From: Paramicrosporidium saccamoebae KSL3
Lineage: Eukaryota; Fungi; Cryptomycota
NCBI GenBank assembly: GCA_002794465.1
Contig: MTSL01000189.1
Location: forward strand, 13,440 to 45,439
DNA: 32,000 nucleotides
Reading direction: 5' to 3'
Shown here: positions 27,524 to 32,000 of the stretch, one piece after another
How the letters are laid out: the number at the start of each line of letters is the position of its first letter
Numbering within the stretch: position 1 is the stretch's first letter
Notes under the pieces: generated by a model
What the model was told of the DNA's origin: nothing
The model's input: the letters and a program-made list of their open reading frames with translations, nothing else
Databases searched by the model: none
Made by a program: the position numbers and the translations under genes

Positions 27524-27531
27524 TACATCAG

Positions 27532-28266
27532 ATGGGACTTGGAGAGAGAGCATTCAAAAAGGCCCTGCATACACGCACCCATCGGGAGCGCTCTCAGCCG
27601 GCAGGACGCGCCAAGTTGGGCATCCTCGAGAAACACAAGGACTATGTGCTGCGTGCACGCGACTACCACCGCAAACAGGACACGCTAAAGGCGTTGCGGG
27701 TGCGGGCCTCCCACCGGAACCCGGACGAATTTCACTTTGGTATGATCAAAAGTCGCGTCGTTAAGGGACGGCATCGTCAGGATGCCACAGAAAAGGCAAA
27801 GTCGGTGCCTGCTGAGATGCTCAAACTCATGAAAACGCAGGATGTCGGCTATATTGTCCTACAGAAGAATGCCAATAAGAAGAAACTGACGGCTATCCAA
27901 CAGGAGGTGGCTGTGGCCGAGGCCATCAAACAGGGCCCCTCTGCCCGACAACACATTTTCTTTGCTGAGGATCACACGGAGCGAGCTGAACTGCTCCACA
28001 AAATTGCTTCCACTCCCCTAGCGCCTCCAAAAGAGGAGCCTGAACGGGACATGTTAGATGAGCTTGACGCCACCCCCGCTGAAAAGACTCTGCGTCGGAA
28101 ACATCAAGTCCTCATTGCCCGACAGAATCGTGTAGAGAAGCTCGAAAAACTGGAGCACAAAATGCGACTTGATCGGATGGTGCTGGCCAAGGGCAAAAAG
28201 ACCAAGATTGGCACGGATGAATATGGTTTCGCCAAATTCAAATGGGCCGTAGAGAGGAAGAAATAA
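27532..28266 (+). CDS. UTP11: U3 snoRNP/SSU processome protein Utp11
   Basis: HRERSQP...LGILEKHKDYVLRARDYHRKQ...RNPDEFHFGM, LMKTQD, C-terminal KWAVERKK. Confidence 0.95.
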   Translation: MGLGERAFKKALHTRTHRERSQPAGRAKLGILEKHKDYVLRARDYHRKQDTLKALRVRASHRNPDEFHFGMIKSRVVKGRHRQDATEKAKSVPAEMLKLMKTQDVGYIVLQKNANKKKLTAIQQEVAVAEAIKQGPSARQHIFFAEDHTERAELLHKIASTPLAPPKEEPERDMLDELDATPAEKTLRRKHQVLIARQNRVEKLEKLEHKMRLDRMVLAKGKKTKIGTDEYGFAKFKWAVERKK

Positions 28267-28516
28267 ACCAATTGTATTCAGTCCATATTCTGGTTTACAT
28301 GCCAAATAAATTATCCCATTCGGCCCGCCAGCTCCCCAGAGAAAAGTGGCTTGACGGAAAGATGAACGGATATGGTTGACGAGGTCGCCAGATCGGAATC
28401 AAATATATCGAGCGGGACCACTCTATTGGTCGGCTACTCTTCCCTAAAAGGAAATTCAGATCTAGCTAATTGTCACACTAGCACATATAAAGTGCCCACC
28501 TGGAGCGGGGTGGACA

Positions 28517-29518
28517 ATGCAACTTACCACCACCGCCTTTTTGTGTTTTGTCGCCAGCTGTGCTGCCAGCAAAAGCTGTTGTAAGAAGGACAAGGAAAAC
28601 TCTGTCAGTTCCTATTCGCAAAGCTCGGAACTCAGTGCCACCGATGCTAAGAGCTCCAGCGGCTCTTACTCCAATAGCTCATATTCCAATGCCTCTCACT
28701 CTGGAAGCTTTTATTCCAGTGTTTCTCACTCTGGAAGCTCTCATTCCAGTGTCTCTCACTCTGGAGACTCCTATTCCAGCATCTCTCGCTCTGCGAGCTC
28801 GCGTTCTGAGGAATCTGGCGAATGGGACATTTCTGAACCCCGCAAGAAGAGTGTAGTGACTTCAAGAAGCAGAACGGTAAAGAATTCCAAGGCAGTTAAA
28901 GAAATTGACAATGCCATGCCTCACTTGGGTCTGGCCGCCTCGACCGATCCCAACGCGTTACTAACGGAAAAGATTTCTCGTCGCTTGAAAAGCAAAAAGA
29001 CTCGCCGACTATTGAAAGAGCGAGCTGGAAGACAGCCTAGTCTTGTGGCTGAGATATTGCAGGTACTGGTGCGCGCAGATCCACTCCAAAAGGTAGCGGA
29101 ACAAATCAAGTCCAACCCCCAAAGCCTTAACTCTGATCTTAAGACGACCTCTTCTCCCCAGCCCCAGACCCTGCGCAAAAAGACCTCCCGAACCCATTCC
29201 CACCGAACCTCCAGTCGACAGAACTCGAAAGTTACTCTCCCAAACTATTCCGATCTCGTCGAAATCGAACGCCGCTTCCCAGAGCTCAAGAATCTGTCCC
29301 GCAACGCCAATGCCAATCAATTGCTTGTGGCCATGGTGGCACTGGATGAGAGCCACGCAGCCAAACTCAATGAAGCTATTTCACGTGATTCGAAATACTT
29401 GTCGCGCATGTTCTTGAATCTCAACAAGAATGAAAAGCAGCCAGTCCGCGCTGTGGCACGGTTGCTAAATGAAAGTCGTCGGAAGAGCCGGTCGCCCTTT
29501 GATTCAGTCCACTCATAA
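28517..29518 (+). CDS. Orphan secreted Ser-rich, basic protein, 333 aa
   Basis: Signal peptide MQLTTTAFLCFVASCAA, a Ser-rich repeat and K/R clusters. No family recognised. Confidence 0.8.
   Translation: MQLTTTAFLCFVASCAASKSCCKKDKENSVSSYSQSSELSATDAKSSSGSYSNSSYSNASHSGSFYSSVSHSGSSHSSVSHSGDSYSSISRSASSRSEESGEWDISEPRKKSVVTSRSRTVKNSKAVKEIDNAMPHLGLAASTDPNALLTEKISRRLKSKKTRRLLKERAGRQPSLVAEILQVLVRADPLQKVAEQIKSNPQSLNSDLKTTSSPQPQTLRKKTSRTHSHRTSSRQNSKVTLPNYSDLVEIERRFPELKNLSRNANANQLLVAMVALDESHAAKLNEAISRDSKYLSRMFLNLNKNEKQPVRAVARLLNESRRKSRSPFDSVHS
28682..28801 (+). repeat. 30-nt (10-aa) coding repeat x4, YSSVSHSGSS-like
   Basis: Units start at 28682, 28712, 28742 and 28772. Confidence 0.9.
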
Positions 29519-29597
29519 GCGGACTAGAAAGAAAATGGGTCTTTAATAAACAGTCTATTGAATACTCTACTATAGGAACACTATCTCATTAATGATG

Positions 29598-31181
29598 CTA
29601 CACTATTTGGTCCTGGAAGGACGAATCAATCAATTTGCGTATCTCAAAGGGCGAGAAGAGGTTGGCCAATTTCCATCCCCGCAGCATCTTGACTATGCGA
29701 ACAGAGGTCTTTTTGTCCAGCGGGCTAAAGCACTTTTCCCAGGGAGTTTGAGGGCCAAGTTGGTCAACGAATAAATTATGAAAGTCGACCTTGGTGCGAT
29801 TGACTAGTAGATACACCAGCGAGGTGGCGATGAGTGCAATCTCATACTGTCCCATCTTGCCCAATTCCGTCTTCAACACTAGCCTCTTAGTCTTCTCAAT
29901 GACCAGGGAGGAAAAGTCGACTTCAGCATCATATCCGAAAAGCTTGAGATTAAGGGGCAGTCGGTTCGACTCGCACAAACTCAGAAAATTGCTGGGGAAC
30001 CAGTCAGCTGACCATGGACGGACATGATCGCTAACCATAGACAATGGCCCTTCCCGAATGAAAATGTTCACTCTCTCCGAGACATTTCGGTAAACATCCG
30101 GCAGGTAATTCCTCGGTACCAATGACACATATTCTTCTGCAAAGCCGGGCAGTTGGCTAGCACGATCAAGCAATTCCCGCCAGGTCAAAGGTGTCATGGC
30201 ATAAATTGGACATATCTCAAAGAATCTTTTGCAATACCCTGCACGCTTTGTTGATTTGCTCCGCAACTGCTCTATGAGCACGGCCCCCAATGTTTCCCAA
30301 TAAGTCAAGCCACCTAATCCTTCAATGGAGGCCATCCATGCAAAAATTTTCCCATAGAAGAGCGGATTAGCAACCATTCGACGACCATTGATATAGCCGA
30401 GATCGGCAAGGACGGCCCAGGCGGCGCGAGACGGCCGTTGACTGTAACGCAGAGCGCCTCTAGTGAGAGGCTGACGCTCCGACGCCTGAATGGTCAACAC
30501 GGCGCGCACTGCTCGTTCCACCTTGTCCTCCGCAGTCAAATATTGCAGAATTGGAGCTGTGAAATTTTCCTCATTGGGATTATCCTCGGTCGACACACAA
30601 CTCTCATGAACTGTGTGACTTAGGAACACGGCCATAATTCGAGGGGTTAGGACGTCCTTTAAGGTTTCAAAGGCCCACACAAATCCCTTGTAATCAGTGT
30701 TTTGCACAAAATACTCAATGGGTGCAATGCTCTCCATCTGGTGTAATCGGCTCTTGGATAGTCGCACAATGTCCCTGCTCTCCATCATTTCGCGATGATA
30801 AGGTTTTCTTGAAAAGGAATGCGCCTTCAACACATTAGCGCGGTACACATTGCTGCTCAGTAGCACGGTGGCAATTCCTTTGTTCCGTCCCAGTTTGGGC
30901 AGACTAAAGATGGTGTCGTGCAATACTGTGTGTTTTGCAAAGTCACACAGATGTCTTATCCTCAACTGCGACTCCTTCAGCTGCGTGTAATGCGACTCGA
31001 AATTGTACAGCGTATGACTGAGCAATGCTGCAACCAACAGCAGGTTTTGCAGCTCAATGAGAAAAGTGCCTAGCATTGTATCGATTGTACGTCGGGAGTG
31101 ATTAGTGATAAGATTCAATGGGTGGAATTTCAGAAGTATGGCCATGCAATCCGAGATCAGCGCCAGGAATATTACCAGCAT
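29598..31181 (-). CDS. Secreted family A protein A4, 527 aa
   Basis: Signal peptide MLVIFLALISDCMA. Shared blocks: LHDTIFSLPKL, VLTPRIMAVFL, TYWETL, YLPD, LPLN, FHNLF and LFSPFEIRKLIDSSF. Confidence 0.88.
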   Translation of the reverse strand: MLVIFLALISDCMAILLKFHPLNLITNHSRRTIDTMLGTFLIELQNLLLVAALLSHTLYNFESHYTQLKESQLRIRHLCDFAKHTVLHDTIFSLPKLGRNKGIATVLLSSNVYRANVLKAHSFSRKPYHREMMESRDIVRLSKSRLHQMESIAPIEYFVQNTDYKGFVWAFETLKDVLTPRIMAVFLSHTVHESCVSTEDNPNEENFTAPILQYLTAEDKVERAVRAVLTIQASERQPLTRGALRYSQRPSRAAWAVLADLGYINGRRMVANPLFYGKIFAWMASIEGLGGLTYWETLGAVLIEQLRSKSTKRAGYCKRFFEICPIYAMTPLTWRELLDRASQLPGFAEEYVSLVPRNYLPDVYRNVSERVNIFIREGPLSMVSDHVRPWSADWFPSNFLSLCESNRLPLNLKLFGYDAEVDFSSLVIEKTKRLVLKTELGKMGQYEIALIATSLVYLLVNRTKVDFHNLFVDQLGPQTPWEKCFSPLDKKTSVRIVKMLRGWKLANLFSPFEIRKLIDSSFQDQIV

Positions 31182-31459
31182 CCGATATTAAGGTTTAACC
31201 TTTTTTGCATTTTCCGTAAATTTATCACATACTGGGGCAATCACCCCAAATGGGGGGATGTTTAATTAAGAGAAAACTTCTTAGGTATCAGATATTTAAA
31301 ATAAGCGATTGGCAATGTGAAAAGACTCTGTTGAAGGGTGAACTTGCTCTTGTTAAAGTATATGGCTTCTTTATAGGTGGCCATTCTTGATATAACCAGA
31401 CTGGACTGAGACTGCCATCTAATCGGGCTATTAATTGCCCCCATTTACAAGTGGTGACT

Positions 31460-32000
31460 TTAAATTCTAGAGTCAGACACAAAGGAGGAATCAAGCATGG
31501 AACGAAGCTCGGTGAGAGTAAAATGTTTCATAATTTTCCACTTACCCAGTGAGTTGTGGACTACACTACTCCATTTGCCCGCCATACCCACACAAGTCTT
31601 GGCCCAGCTCTGATTGCAGTCAAAGTCGGGAAAGAGGATTGACAGATCCCGTTTCCATCCCGCTGCGAGCATGTAGTACATGGCCACCATCATTGTGGCA
31701 ATGTGTTGGGTTTTGGTCTGGCAAAAAGTCCCACTTTCAAGCAAACTTTGTAGGGTCGTAACGGCAGTGACATCAAGGGACACTTGATCAATGTGCTTAT
31801 TCCGCGGCAGGCAACTTGTGGTAAAATAGTGGCCGATCATTTCCGAACTTTCAAGGTGTGATGTTTCATGCTCGTCGTTTTCATTGTCGTTGAATTCATT
31901 GTCGTCGTCTTCGGTGTTATTGTTCCCAATGTCTTCGGCGTTGTCATCCCCCATGTCTTCGTTGGGATGGTTCAGGAAAAAGGGTGCCCGTCTTATCCAA
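31460..32000 (-). CDS. Family A protein A5, 3' part only (frame is open past the window end)
   Basis: The frame stays open upstream of the track ATG (WIRRAPFFLNHPNED). It then reads CLPRN...AMYYML...LSILF...HFTLTELRSMLDSSF, matching the A-family C-terminus. Confidence 0.8.
   Translation of the reverse strand, partial: WIRRAPFFLNHPNEDMGDDNAEDIGNNNTEDDDNEFNDNENDEHETSHLESSEMIGHYFTTSCLPRNKHIDQVSLDVTAVTTLQSLLESGTFCQTKTQHIATMMVAMYYMLAAGWKRDLSILFPDFDCNQSWAKTCVGMAGKWSSVVHNSLGKWKIMKHFTLTELRSMLDSSFVSDSRI

Noticed and set aside
3909-31181. RXLR-type host-targeting motif after the signal peptides
   Set aside because: No shared RxLR, PEXEL or other post-signal motif is visible across the secreted proteins.
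1-32000. tRNA, rRNA, transposase, reverse transcriptase or integrase genes
   Set aside because: No such signatures were recognised. The many remaining 60-180 aa ORFs are antisense or alternate-frame shadows of assigned genes.

Overview
This is gene-dense eukaryotic DNA, not prokaryotic. It holds about 21 protein-coding genes (2 cut by the window edges), very short intergenic spacers and tiny 28-35 nt spliceosomal introns. Recognisable housekeeping genes are RPT6, a minimal PI31/Fub1, IND1/NUBPL, TFIP11/SPP382, an HSF, NOP4, GTB1 and UTP11. More than half of the genes encode lineage-specific proteins with N-terminal signal peptides. These comprise family A (5 copies, about 520 aa where complete), family B (4 tandem copies of an unrecognised 'YDxDxW' module plus degenerate ankyrin-like helices), a short-period ankyrin protein and two orphan secreted proteins. 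Seven of them form an uninterrupted co-oriented island at 9.4-23.4 kb. It shows patchy near-identity between paralogs and repeat-expanded linkers, as expected for a diversifying effector arsenal. A CC(A/G)GGG motif lies 6-35 nt upstream of many start codons, and AATAAA overlaps several stop codons, both resembling microsporidian transcription signals. Taken together (inference, not verified), this suggests an early-diverging microsporidian or Rozellomycota parasite that still has mitochondrial complex I, such as Paramicrosporidium. All analysis was done by eye; no database searches were run.
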